DNA of 61,995 nucleotides, counting the filler, from Dimorphilus gyrociliatus (Eukaryota; Animalia; Annelida): NCBI GenBank assembly GCA_904063045.1. It is 3 parts of 3 records of this genome, joined end to end, with 100 filler letters (N's around TTAATTAATTAA, not from the genome) between each part and the next. Parts side by side here need not be neighbours in the genome. Positions count along the whole stretch, not along the records: positions 21,008 to 50,375 come from CAJFCJ010000065.1; 2 more parts are not named here. One strand, given 5' to 3'. The translations under genes were made by a program, and so were the position numbers. The notes under the pieces are model-generated. The model did not search any database, was not told the origin of the DNA, and saw only the letters and a list, made by a program, of their open reading frames with translations. Positions 26,590 through 39,400 of this stretch are shown piece after piece (the first letter of the stretch is position 1; each line of letters begins with the position of its first letter).

Positions 26590-26730
26590 TCCTAAGATAA
26601 CCTGGAAACAACCTCCACTGGGGCGAGCCCTTTACTCCTCAATATTGGATGACTGTTTGATAATTTTGCTATTACGAACTATCTACTGTGCTATTGAACT
26701 CTCATGTAGAACCAGTATTGTTGTAAAGTA
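26590..26730 (+). mobile_element. Degenerate internal fragment of the gypsy-family LTR
   Basis: CCTGGAAACAACCTCCACTGG...ACTCCTCAATATTGGA...AACTATCTACT.TGCTATTGAACTCTCAT..TAGAACCAGTATTGTT matches the LTR. Confidence 0.75.
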
Positions 26731-26778
26731 CTTAAAGTACTGGCAAAAATATTACAAAAACTAAATGCTGTATGAGGA

Positions 26779-28073
26779 ATGAATTGGGAAATGCTCAAAC
26801 AATTTGAGGAATTATTAAATAACTGCTCAAAACATCAAATGGTAACAATTCCACTAATTGTATATGATATACCAAATGATGATTTCTTTACTATTTGTCA
26901 AGGTTTGCAAAATTCTTGTCATACTTTGAAAATCTTAAATTTTACAAGTTGCTCTCTAAATTCAAATTGCTATAAAAATATTGGAAAATTTTTAAAATTT
27001 TTTTCAAATATTGAAATTATTAATATTCAAAATATTTTCTGTACAAAGAACGATATATAAAATATTTGTGATGGCCTTGAAAATTCGTATAAAACCTTGA
27101 AATTAATATATTTTAGTGGAAGCGAAACTGTTATTGAATCATGGATTCCTCTATTAAGCTTGTTTATCAAATGTCCAAATAGACTAAAAATAATTGATTT
27201 TTTGAATTTGAAGTCAACCATAACTGAGTAGATGACTATATCATCAAATACAATAAAAGAGATTAGATTAAGTGAACTTTTTCTTAATCTTGACGTATTA
27301 ATGGATTTGGCAAGTGTCGCACGACAACATACAAGAATAAAATCAGTAGAATTAGTTAAAGCAAATGATAAAAATATGTCATCCATAGTTTGCAGTGCTC
27401 TGGAAATGTCATGTAACAATATTGAAAGCATTCATATTTCACTAGGAGGCTCACAATTTCTAATTTCTGGAAACAGTATAGCACAACTGTTGAGTAAATG
27501 TTGTAAACTTGAAACGGTAATATTATCTTCCAATTTGAGAGATGAACAAAACAATATATTCAAAGAATTGGAAAAATTTTCTGCTTCTTTAGAGGATTTG
27601 AGTTTTAAAAACTGTCAGTTAGATGATAGTCATTTAAGATTTATTGGAAATTTATTAAAATAGTGTACAAAACTTGAAAGTATCTGCTTAAGTGAAAATC
27701 AAATTTCAGCAAAAGTTTGTACTATATTTGAAAATTCATTGAATGAGATTGACCTTAACAAACACTTTTAAATAAAATTGTATTTTCTAATTGTAAATTA
27801 CCAGAAACTGACTGTGAAGATCTTTCAAATCTTTTATATATGTGTCCACACATTAAAACAATAGATCTAAGTTTAAATCAAAATACGGGAAATCGAATTG
27901 TAAATCTTCTAAAGTCATCTCTCTGTTTGGAGGAGATCAATTTAGAATACTGCAAATTAAAAAGTAATGTTTGTAGTAGCTTTACCAAACTGATTATTAA
28001 ATGTCCATATATTCAATCCATTAAGCTGGAAGGTAATGAAGATTTTATTAAGAGTATGAATATTATAGATTGA
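26779..28073 (+). pseudogene. LRR pseudogene; internally deleted, inverted paralog of 39753-42929
   Basis: ORF fragments 26779-27060, 27232-27663 and 27840-28073 align closely with the 1058-aa LRR protein. Stops and block deletions are present. Confidence 0.9.
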
Positions 28074-28164
28074 TTATGTATAATAGTGAGTACTATTCAT
28101 GGCAGTCATCTTCAATACTTTCATAGATCTTAACTTCCAAAAGATTCCCATTAAGTCATCACAA

Positions 28165-29178
28165 GGGGTCGGGAAAAAATGTCCTTGGGAAAAAACGTCC
28201 CTGGGAAAAAACGTCCCAGGGTGGGAAAAAACGTTCTAATTGTTGGGAAAAAACATCCTAATTGTTGGGAAAAAACGCCCTAAAGCTTGGGAAAAAACTT
28301 CCTATGCCTGGCTAAAGATATACTTGGCATAATTATTGATACTTATAATCAGAAATGTTTTTCTCTTTTGCTGTTTACTTCATTTATAGAATAAAATATT
28401 AATATTTTTGAAGAAAGGTATATGTATTGTGATGTTTTTACCAGTTTTCTCTGAATTACGTATTGCTATTAAAAGAGAAATGAATTATTTCCTTGTATTG
28501 TCTGTAAGTGAAAGATAAATTTTGCAGTTCTTGGCATATTTTCAGGCTAATTTGTTTTTTAAGCATTGAAACTCTTGTATTGATTTGGTTTTTTTGAATA
28601 TTACAAGATTATACATTTTTTTAAGAACCCTTCTCTCCTGTCAGTTATTATTTATAATTTTTGTATTGGCAGCCATATTTGATATTTGAAAGTTAACTTA
28701 TTTTTACAGAAACATTGAAAGTACTTGGATTAAGCATTCAATTTGGACACCAAATTGTTGGTCTGTATTTGGTCTTGCCATCAGGACCAACAATGATGTT
28801 GAAGGATGGCACAGAAGAATAAATGAAAAGACTCCTGCAAAAGGGTCATTTTATATGCTCATAGATATTTTAAAACAGGAATCAAGTCTTATTCCAGTTG
28901 TAGAGAAACTTCTATCAGAAAAAAGGCTAAAGAAGTATCAGAAGAAAAGTGTCATCCAGAAGCAGAACCAAGTATTTGCTGTTTGGGATGAATACAGATT
29001 GGGAATGGTTACATCTGCTGTCCTCTTGCAGAAGATTGCATTAAACATATATTCATTATTAATTATTATATACTCAGTATATTGTCATTGGTTCCCAAAA
29101 TAGAGCAATCTTTTTAATTCAAATATCTTTTCCCACTACTTATTTTTCCCAACCTTGGGACGTTTTTTCCCATACTCC
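28165..29178 (+). mobile_element. Non-autonomous MULE derivative with TIRs and TSD
   Basis: Left end GGGGTCGGGAAAAAATGTCC with tandem GGGAAAAAACGTCC; the right end reverse complement is GGAGTATGGGAAAAAACGTCC. Flanks are ATCACAA (28158-28164 and 29179-29185). Internal IRTNNDVEGWHRRIN. Confidence 0.88.
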
Positions 29179-29443
29179 ATCACAATGTTTAAGGTGTCTT
29201 AACATAAATGGATGATAAACCAATATTCTATCAAGCAAACAAGAAAGCAAAAAGAAAAAAATAGCAAAGCAACTGTTGTCTTTAGTAATTAAAAAAAATT
29301 GATTAAAAGTAGGGTTAGTAAGATTAATAAATTTAAAAGTTAAAATGTTAATGTGTCAATTCTAGGGTGTGGCTTTTATTCATTTATAATGCTGTGAAAT
29401 GTTTATGTTTTTGATTTTTTTAATAGAAAACATAAAATTTTAC

Positions 29444-29939
29444 CTTTACAAGCTGTCAAATTGCAACTGGCAAACATTGTTGCATTTCCAATACAATCGT
29501 TACCTCCGTATTGTTGAGGTGGATTAGTACAAGTTCTTGTTCTGTTTTGTATACAGTTTTGGGAACATTCGTTCCATTGTCCCCAATCTGACCATCCACC
29601 GCTAATAGGGCATTTTGGTAGGTTACGACACCACTGATTTCTGTATTGACCATTTGGACAATTTCTACCAGTTCTGAAAATGTAATAATTATAATAATTA
29701 AAATTCTAAAAATTAAATTAAACTAATTACGAACCCTATATTTGGTCTACATCTGCTACTTCTTGAGGCATGTCCACAAGTAGCCTTGCAATTACCCCAT
29801 TCTGACCAATTCAATGAAACTGCAATCAAAGACAGTATAATTGTATTATGTAAATTGTAATAAACTATAAACTTTTACCTTCACAATCAATTTCTAGATT
29901 TTGTAAAAGTAACATCATAACTAAACATAAAATCTTCAT
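29444..29939 (-). CDS. Secreted thrombospondin type-1 repeat protein, three exons (29879-29939, 29735-29819, 29444-29673); 3' end not found
   Basis: Signal-like MKILCLVMMLLLQNLEIDCE, WSEWGNCKATCG and GGWSDWGQWNECSQNCIQNRTRTCTNPPQQYGGNDCIG. Phase-compatible GT-AG introns of 59 and 61 nt. Confidence 0.8.
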
Positions 29940-30329
29940 ATTTGTACTATTCTCTCTTCTAGATAGGAATTAGATGACTTTTTTGATTAATCCCTATCTT
30001 TATTAAAATATAAAGTATTTAATAAGTAATTACTGTACAATCATACATATTTTAATATAATTCAATTCTCTTGAACATTTATAATAAATTCACCATATTT
30101 TTTATTAGAAGTAAATTTTTTTATTGTTTAGTGTCTTCAAATAAAAGAAATATTTTAATGTATTTTACAAAAGATTTCAAAAATTAAACAAGGGGAAAAA
30201 AATCAAATATTAGGAATGTCTGTCTGTCTGTTTGTGTTTTTTTTCTCTCTTATAGAAACCATAACCATTGCAGGTGAAAGTGTACAACACTCTTTTTGCA
30301 CATTCCAAATAAACTGAGGGAAACAGCCC

Positions 30330-30600
30330 ACAAAAATTGGAGAATTTGTTTCATATTGTTTACTTTTCAAGACAAGACAAGTAGATTCATCACTGTCAGA
30401 AAGAAAACAATATCTTGAATTTTTTATCACTGTCAGATATACTCTCATTACTCAGTGTATCCATTTTTTGTCACTTAGGCTATTCTTCCAATACTGGGTT
30501 TGATTGTTGAGTTTTCCTGTAGTTTTCGGTAGCTGAAGGTAAATTTTGTTTGGTGAATGCTCTAGTTGATGTTTATCTTTAGTAACACTATGTCACAAAA
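30330..30600 (-). mobile_element. Degenerate Gag-protease linker fragment of a related gypsy element
   Basis: FLSDSDESTCLVLKSKQYETNSPIFVG aligns with CFSDSDESTCQLLQSKQSERNASTFIG of the full element (about 55710-55790). Confidence 0.65.
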
Positions 30601-30919
30601 TCCTGAAGACATAATCCTTGTCTTTTATGAAGACTTGGCAAAAATGTTTGTTTTTCTCGCAAGTGGTTTGTAATTGGTCTAAGTATTTGGCCTATATAGC
30701 ATAATAAAGTATATTAGAAAATTATACACTATTTGTATTATAGGCCAAATATTTTCTTTAATGTTTAATAGAACAATTATCAGACCTTTTTAGAGACATT
30801 TGCTTAAACAAGGACTTGAAAAAACTGGCAGTGTTCAAAAGAAATTTTGTGTGCTATAGCTATATAATATACAAAAGCTTTCTTATTTTGTATTTGTAAT
30901 GATTCTAAAAAGGTTAAAC

Positions 30920-31190
30920 AAAAAATAGAGATAGTGATGTCATTTTCAAAAAATCATTATACACAATGTATCTTGTCTCTACTGATACAGTATCGCCTTG
31001 TTGCAAATTTTAACAATCCTCCTCAACTCTTACTCTCAATACCGGACCTAATTTTTAATCTTTGCATACCTAACTTTTGTTGGTCATTTACCATAATGTA
31101 GATCAACTGACTGTCTTGCTGGCCATGTTCCAATAGATATGTCAATATAATATAAACCAGGAACTGCAATTTCATAACATCCCATGGAAT
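30920..31190 (-). pseudogene. C1q globular-domain pseudogene fragment
   Basis: Across two frameshifts and a stop it reads YEIAVPGLYYIDISIG...YIMVNDQQK...S*GGLLK/LQQGDTVSV, paralleling YKVPVTGTYYIDISV...SKGGLIQMFKDDILTV of the 46746 gene. Confidence 0.7.
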
Positions 31191-31690
31191 ATTTGAGATA
31201 TGGAGGATAAAGAAGAAACTGAATGCTGACAACTATAGCAGTTTTATTGTGGAAGATGTTCTGCCTGTAATAGAAGATATATCAGCAAAAATGGGGAGGC
31301 AGTACATCTTCCAGCAAGACTATGCTGGGTGCCATACTGCTAGGACAACTAAAAGAGCCTTTCAAACGAATGGCCCTCTTGATTCGCTGGCAAAGAGCCC
31401 TGACCTCAGCCCAATTGAAAACATGTGGCATTTGACCAAAAGACTAGTATATGATCGTCCACAATTGGAATCTGAAGAGCAATTATGGAAGAAAATCCAA
31501 AAGTGCTGTTATGATGTCATAAAAAGGCAACCAGACTTGTTACAAAATTTATACAGGGGAATGGGGCATAGAGTCAGCAAGTGTTTAGAAAAGGAGGGTG
31601 GTTACATTGAAAAATAGAAAAAATATCAACATTAAACCCCCTGTACCAATTATTATGAAGCGCGGCCAAATAAGAAAAAAACTCAATAAA
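31190..31690 (+). mobile_element. Tc1-like transposase 3' fragment (same family as 25400-26530)
   Basis: FQQDYAGCHTA...SPDLSPIENMW catalytic D and E motifs. Confidence 0.85.
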
Positions 31691-31899
31691 ACAATACATA
31701 ACATCAAACCAAAAAAATTATATAAAAACTTACCTAAATTCTATTTAGAAGCTATTCATATATATATATATATATATATGTTTAATCTAATATTTAAGAT
31801 ATAAAAAATAAAAATAAAATATCTTTTTTCTTTGTGAAAAAGATTTTTAATGTTCGGCCTATCAAAATTTATGGTGTACCAAAATTTATGCAGGCTACT

Positions 31900-32290
31900 T
31901 TATACCAGATCTGCTAAATGTATCTTTATGGAAACTATTATGTTGAAATAAAGATACTTGGAAAGCCAACATTTTTAGGGTCATTAACAAATTCTGTGAT
32001 GATGAAATATATGATAGAGCAATGTCAACTTTTTCAATTATATATGAGAAAGATGAAAGGCTTATGCAGGATGGAGCAAAGTGCCATACTTTGGCCTCAA
32101 CATCGAAATTTTTGAGGAAAGAGAAAATAAAGACACCGAAAGATTGGCCAGCCAACAGCCCTGAGCTTAATACTATAGAGAATTTGTGGGCAAACTTAAA
32201 AAATCGAGTGCAAAAACATACCATGAATAACAAACAGGAGTTATGGACAGCAGTGGAGGACGAATTTCAAAAAATACCTAATTAGTATAT
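31900..32290 (+). mobile_element. Fragment of a second Tc1-like family
   Basis: MQDGAKCHT...WPANSPELNTIENLWANLK...ELWTAVEDEF. Confidence 0.85.
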
Positions 32291-32314
32291 AAAAAACTTA
32301 TATAAAAGACTTTG

Positions 32315-32456
32315 ATATTTTTAACATTTGACCAAAAGTTATTATCCATACCTCAAAATCTAATGTCAATCTCTTTCAATGAATTTTCAAATAGAGTACA
32401 AACTTCCGCTGAAATTTTATTTTCACTTAGGCAGATACTTTCAAGTTTTGTACATT
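32315..32456 (-). pseudogene. Short inverted piece of an LRR gene closely matching 40545-40685
   Basis: TTAACATTTGACCAAAAGTTATTATCC...GGCAGATACTTTCAAGTTTTGTAC is present at both loci. Confidence 0.85.
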
Positions 32457-34969
32457 ATCAGGATTTTTTGATATTTGTCTTGGACTTGAAAATTCCATAA
32501 TTACTTTAAAGTCTCTTTTTGTAACATTTCAATTAATTGATAATATATATGATAAAGAAAGCTATAGTGGTTTTTGTAAATTTTTAAAGAAATGTACTCA
32601 AATTGAACATTTTACATTCAATGATCGATCAAATTATGAAAGTGAATTATTTACATTTTGCCCTTCTTTGGAATCTTCTGCAAGTACACTAAGAGAAATT
32701 CATTTATGTGATATATATTTTAATCCGAAAAATTCACACTACATTGAGAATTTATTGTTAAAATGTGAAAATATTGAAAGTATAAATATAGATATGCATA
32801 ATCACAACGAATTTCGACTATGGTCCATATTTTCTGCACTTAATTTATCAGCAAAAAATTTGAAAGAGATTAATATTTACTTCAAAATGAATTCCGAAAT
32901 GCTTATGCAATTTGAGAGACTTTTAAATAATTTCTCAAAACTTGAAAGTGTAACCTTTCCATCAATATCCAGTAATTTAGGAAATGATGATATGTTTACT
33001 ATTTGTCAAGGATTGCAGAAATCTTGTAAAACTTTAAAAAAACTAGAATTTATCTTTTGTTCATTAAATGCAAAATGTTTTATAAACATAAGAAATCTTT
33101 TACTCTTTTGCTCAAATATTGAGACAATTATTATTGAATATAGTACCTGTATAGAAAATTATGCATTAAATATTTGTGATGGACTTGAAAATTTTTATAG
33201 TTCTTTAAAATTTCTATATTTTGATAGATGCATAAATGTGGAAAGATTGCTGACACCTATAGTAAATTTCCTTATAAAATGTTCATATAGACCAGAGATA
33301 CAACTTGAAAGTGCTTCTATGGATGGACATATCCGGCTTTTGAATGTAATTGATAAATGACTATTTCATCAATTACTATAAAAGAAATCAATTTGGATGA
33401 ATCTCGCTTATCTATTCAAATTATAATAGATTTGGCAACTATAATACAACAGCATACAAGAATTGAATCTGTAAGCTTAGTTGGTATAAATGATGAAAAT
33501 GGAATTTTGGTGTGTGGATTTAGATGATATTCACTATAATAACTTAAAAATATTTTTAGAGAAATGTTCAAACATTGAAAGATTAGATCTATCAAGAACC
33601 TCTTCTATTCCAAATGATTGCTTTTCAAAAATCATTAAAGCTATGGAATATTCATCCAAAAAATTAAGAAACTTAAATTTAAGTTTTTGTAATATCAATA
33701 ACGAAAATGGTAAAAAGTATTGCAAATCTTTTGAAGAAGTGTTCAAAAATTGAATCATTTGATCTAAACAGTAGCCAAGATATTGGAGGTTCATTAACAA
33801 ATATTTGTAAACAACTGGAGAGATCAGCAACCAATTTGAAAGAAATTAATTTCAGTAGATGTAATATCAGAGATGAAAGTTGTAAAAGTCTAACACAACT
33901 ATTGAGTAAATGCTCTAATATAGAAAAGATTATTTTATCCTCAAATTGGAATTTGAGCGATGAATTCAATAATATTTTAAAAGAATTAGAAAAATCCTCA
34001 ACTACATTGAAAGAAATTTGTTTTGAAAGTTGTAATTTGGCTAATAATCGCTTAATAAATTTTGGAGATCTTATGAAAAGGTGTACAAAGCTTGAAAATA
34101 TTAACATAAGCCATAATAAAATTTCATCAAAACTATGCCTTGAATTTGCCAATTTATCACATTCACTAAAAGTCTTAGATATTAGTTTTTGTGATATGGG
34201 TCAAACAATTTGGCTTGATATTAGAAATATGTTAAAAAATTTTCATGATATTCCAACTATTCATTTACTTGAAAATACTGATCAATATTACATACCTTTT
34301 GGTTTTACAGGGAAAGTCAATGATAAAGAAATTTCATTTTGTTTAACTATATATATAAAAAATACTTTGCCATCAAACATTGGAAATATTATTTTAAATG
34401 CCTATGAAGTTTCTACAGTTCATCTTGGTGGAAGATTTCATAATAGTTTTGAACTTTTGACCATCTTAAAGTATTTTTCCCAGGCTGAAACTGATGTGGC
34501 TAGTGTTGACTTTAGTTGTTGTGATCTTAATGAAAAAATGTGTAATTATATTGGGAAAATTTTTATGTCATATCCTAAAATTCTATCTGTTGATTTTTCC
34601 TGCAATCCAAATATGTCAGATGCTTTTGGATATCTATTCAATCCACTTCAAATGTCAGGCTATATCTTAAAACAAATAGTCCTTTGTAATTGTAATTTAA
34701 CAGAGAATTCATGCATGATTCTTGTAGAACTTTTATCTGACTGTAATTCTATCCAATTAATAGATCTAAGTTTTAATGAAAATATGGGAAATTATATTGA
34801 AGACATTATTAAAGAACTTCACAACTCAAATCTTTACTTGAAGGAGATTTATCTGGAATACTGCAAACTAACAGAGAATGTTTATGAAAGCCTTAATAAT
34901 CTATTAGTTAAATGCCCAAACCTTCAATCTATTGAGCTTGGAGGGAATGAAAATTTAATGAAAAGTTAA
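32456..34969 (+). pseudogene. Intronless RNI-like LRR gene, 5'-truncated and frameshifted (ORFs 32668-33360, 33490-33753, 33707-34969)
   Basis: Colinear with the 1058-aa LRR protein (e.g. ICQGLQKSCKTLKKLEF, IDLSFNENMG). At least two of the frameshifts fall in A runs. Confidence 0.85.
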
Positions 34970-35364
34970 GAGATTTAATGAATGTTACAGAGAGATGAAT
35001 AAACAAAAGCAAAGAGATTAGATAATGAAAGACAGAGATGTTGGACATTCTTTGTTTTATTCCACAATTTCAATCTCAGTTATATTAATGAATCATTTGC
35101 ATATAACAAAGTAGAAGTAACACTGATAATGTCTTGTACTTGGGCGTTTTTCTAATCTCGAGTTGTTTGTACTTGCAAAATACGAGGATGTGGTAGAAAA
35201 CGGCCATAAATCTATGGTTTTACCCAAACCCTAACCCAGCCCTTGTTTTTGCCTAACCTTTTTGAATACCCCTAACCCTTAGATGGGACCCTCCTAAGAA
35301 CATATCAACAGTTATCTTATTCCTCCTAACCATTTCCCAGGCTGAAATCTAACTTTCAAATATT

Positions 35365-35700
35365 TCATTTATGGCCGTTTTCGACTGATCCCAAAATACG
35401 ACTAGGAACAACTATATTAATTTTTGCTGAAGAATTCAAAGATGCTTGACATTTGCCAAAAAAGAAATTTCTAATATTTTTTCTAAATGACACTTGGAAT
35501 AAAATATAAATAAATAAATTTGAAGAATTATTGATAAGATATGTATGATATAGGATGGCATTTGTTGGAAATATGCCAACAGTTGCTAATATAATTGGAA
35601 ACCAACCGAGTATAAATATTGTTGTAACTCCAAATAGCATAGTTGCAATTTTAATATTTTTAATAAACAGTTTAAAATCACTTGTAATAAAGTGATTTTT
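35365..35700 (-). pseudogene. Class A GPCR fragment (TM6-TM7-helix 8)
   Basis: IFILGWFPIIL (CWxP-like), NNSSNLFIY (NPxxY-like) and SFRKNI. The upstream part is replaced by a MULE. Confidence 0.65.
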
Positions 35701-35737
35701 CTTGAATTTTATACTCCTTGAATAGATGACTTTATAA

Positions 35738-37690
35738 GGGTCAGGACATTTCGGCCCACTTTAGGACATTTCGGCCCATTCTAAGGCAGTCATACTAAAG
35801 GCATTGTGTCTCACTTGAAGACAGGGTTAGTACTTATTAATGGATAAATATGACAAATATAATTTTTATTTTGTGAAAAATTATGTTTATTTTGTTAATA
35901 TAAAAAAAAACAATTTACAAATAGTAAGGAGTGTTAAGTTTAATAACTAAAATGCAGAACAAGAAATAACAAATTTTAACAAATATTTAAATCAACAAGT
36001 CTATCCAATAATTCATCAAAACTCAATTCTCTTTCTTCAAATTTACTCCACAACTGGAATACTTTAAATTCTAAATCTTGATACTTCTTCTTCTGCATCT
36101 TTCTCAACTTTTTTTCAGACAAAAATTTTTCAAAGATCTCTACTAATTCAGCTTCTCTTCTCAATTCTTTTATTAGAGAATAAAAGTTCTCATCCATTTT
36201 CAAATTTTTGTTGAGTCTGGAATGCCATGCCTCAACATGATTGTTTGTTCTCACAATTAATTAATAAACAGACCAGAATTGAGGAGGCCAAGTACTGCTT
36301 TTAATGAATGTTTCTTCTATATATTCAAGCAAATCTGCAAACAATTTCTTTTCACAAAGTTCTTCTTTTAGTTGGACAAACTTTTGTTCAATAAAATTTG
36401 AAGGCAGATATGCCAAACACATCAATTTTTGTAACATTTTTCCTTTGTACCCATTTTCTTTATAATCAGTAATTTATCCAAGTTTCTAATAAAATAAATA
36501 TTTAATTATTTTCTTTATATTATCATTTAATCTACCTGAATGTTCCTCAAAACTGCTTGTTTGAAATGAAAAGAGCATCTTTGAAGGTCAGAATTGGGAA
36601 ATTGCTCTTTAAGTGCCATCCATATAGCCTTTTCAAAGTCAAGCACACATTTTCTGGGATCATTGATTAGTTTTCTTATCTCCTGTTTTCAAATGATAAA
36701 TGATAAATTAAAAGTGATTAAAATACTGAAATATTTCAAACCTGAAGTTCAGCAATATAACAGCTTTTCTTCTTGCTACTCATCAGAACATAGACCAATG
36801 GAACCTGTTGATATTCATCATGTTTTTTCAAGAATCCATAAATTGAAAAGAGTTGATAAAATGGATCTCTGATAACTTTAAAAGTTGCATCAATGAACCA
36901 AATTTTACAACATCCCAGTAATTCTATTTGATGATTTGTGCCAAATATGATACAACGATTTTTCTTTTCTTTTATATCTCTCAATAAGAAATCAATTGGA
37001 ATTTCATCCAGGTTTATTTCAAAATCTAAATATTTTGGATGCTTTGGTCTTTTACTCTCTTTATATCTAGAAGCTTTTGTTCATAGTGATTCTAGTTCTG
37101 GCAAGTCTTAAATTTAAGGATAATATCTTCTGCTATTCTTTTACCAGTTTTTCCATTGTCACCAGTTGTGATTTCTTTCAAGTTCATTCTTGATTGAAGA
37201 ACACTTGCTATGTTTTTATGCAATTTTTGAAGATGATTTTCATTTTTTACAATGAACTTTGATCGTTTTTGTAATATGTATGCAGGACAAGTAGCTTTGG
37301 CATATCTCTGAGTACATCTCCAGGTGATTGAACTTTTGGTTTTTCTTTTTACAGAATATGAACAGTTTTTGTCTAGAAGTAAGTCTTTATTTTTTGTATT
37401 TACACCTACAACTATTTTGAAATCATCTCTTTCTGTTTCCATGATGTTATACTGCTTATCCATCTCAAATGAAGTTTCATCACTTATACCTGAGAAAGTT
37501 AGAGAGTTTACTTACATTTTGAACACTTTGCATGATAAAAATGTATGCACAACTTGCATCTGAATTTTCTTTTTGTCCAATGAAATCTTAATCCACACTT
37601 CCAACAGTTTTTCAAATTCATGTTGTGGTTTCTATCAATCAGAAATGTCACTGCACCATTGAGGCTTCTATCTGTTAAAAAATTGGTCAA
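35738..37690 (-). mobile_element. Degenerate MULE transposon with a FLYWCH-type zinc finger
   Basis: ITWRCTQRYAKATCPA, WFIDATFK..PFYQLFSI..PLVYVLM, DFEKAIWMALKEQFP..CSFHFKQAV and RTNNHVEAWH. Terminal GGACATTTCGGCCC repeats at 35738-35785. Confidence 0.9.
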
Positions 37691-38009
37691 TCTTTGTTTC
37701 CATATATTTAAATAAACAATGTGTTAAATCTTTAGCATTTTCTAAACAATTTAAACTATAAAATACAAAATACATTTCGTTTACTACTCCATTAAATTTC
37801 AAGTTTTGAGTTGAATGAACTTTTATATTGACAACTCTCGTAATTAATTTTGGAATAATGAATGGTTTTTTCGAGTGTTGAAAAATAATTGTACGATATT
37901 TAAATTTAAAATATTTGCATTATGTTTGTATTTCGTTATGGCGTAATATTAACGTTTTAAAACCCAACCATATTTTCATTACCCAATTGGAAACCCTCAA
38001 TCAACAGAC

Positions 38010-39400
38010 CAACATGGTCGACTCAGCAACACTTGATGAGAAATTGGAAAAATGAAATGCTCAGAATTTAGCAGCACTGGAAACATAATTTGAGACAAAC
38101 TGTAATCAAACTTGGAACAAATTGTTCAAATAGTTAATTCCATTAAACTCAACCCTCGTCAAGAAATTCCGTTGAATTCTGGATATGCTCCAGAAATGGA
38201 ATATTTTCCAACGGTCGAAGAACAAGATAGCGGAAGTTCGCAGGTTCGAAATATTTCGAATCCAATACAGGAAGTCGAAAGTTCTTCGAAACAACTTGAT
38301 CCTAGAATCAAAAACTTAAGAATGATCGCTAAATGCACCAACTCTCCAAATCAACTGGAAACTACTATCCAAGGGACCAACATGGTCAATCTAGCAATGT
38401 TTGAAGAGAAATTGGATGAACAGTCAAGGGCATTCGAAGAATCAAATACTCAGAATAAAGCAAGAATGGACCAACTCATTCAACTGGTCAACTCTATCAA
38501 GTTCAATTCCTCCAATAAAAATCTGTCAAATTCCAGCGATGCCTCAGAAATGGAACATTTTCCAATGGTCAAAGAACAAGATGGCAGAAGTTTGCAGGTT
38601 CGGAATACTTCAAATCCAATACAGGAAGTCGAAAGTGCTTCGAAACAACTTAATCCTAGAATCGAAAATTTAAGGAACAAAAAGGTTACCATATCAGAAA
38701 TGTTCAGTGGTACCAATTTCCAAGATTTTTGTAGGAACAATATTGTTCCACTGTTAGAATCCGACATTACCAAATCGGAAAAATGTCAGATTTTAAAGAA
38801 ATGGATACTTGAGGGGACAGTATGCCATGAATACTATGATTTAGCAAATTGCAAACATAATAAAGGGAATTTCATAGAATTGTGTTCAGACATTAGATTA
38901 TGTTTACAGTGATATATCTTCACATGGATGTAATTTGGTACAACAAATTCTGGACAAAAAGGATCCATTCCAACCTCAAATGATGTCTGATTGGGTCGAA
39001 TTTAGGACTCTCCTTGCGTTATTAAACACGTCAACTTATGAAAGTCAATTGAAATTCGAAAGACTTCGACAGTTTTCCAAGAGATTACCTTATGAAATCC
39101 AATCCCTAGTCATTCAGTACATTAACCAATACCTTGACGATTTTGGTTCAATCGTAATTAAATTAAGACAATACATATCAAGAGTTGTCAATGATTCCCG
39201 CGAATACAGAAACAAGCATCATAGCTTCAAATATGACAAAGGATGATGGTACATTATTGAGGCAGACCTCTCCCCCCCACTTTTCCACCTAACTGTAAAC
39301 CTTTGAAACATGTTCAGATACAAAACAAAGATAGGACTACACCTACCAAAAATGATAGTAGATGTATGTGTGCAGAAAATCACAAACAAAATTGTATTCA
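38010..39400 (+). mobile_element. Decayed Gag-like ORF (possibly BEL/Pao) with an about 370-nt internal duplication
   Basis: EMEYFPTVEEQDSGSSQVRNISNPIQEVES and EMEHFPMVKEQDGRSLQVRNTSNPIQEVES are duplicates. FSGTNFQDF...SEKCQILK resembles the Pao Gag core. A CxCxxxHxxxC motif lies at about 39362-39395. Confidence 0.45.

Noticed and set aside
28170-28285. Short repeat arrays here and at 4785-4875 and 12515-12610 as CRISPR arrays
   Set aside because: Degenerate units without unique spacers, no cas genes, eukaryotic context; one array forms a MULE end with a TSD.
31756-31778. (AT)n microsatellite
   Set aside because: An ordinary short dinucleotide repeat.
33534-34152. Antisense ORFs over LRR, C1q and pol genes (also 39874-41769, 47219-47774, 51997-52737)
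   Set aside because: Shadow ORFs of real coding sequence.
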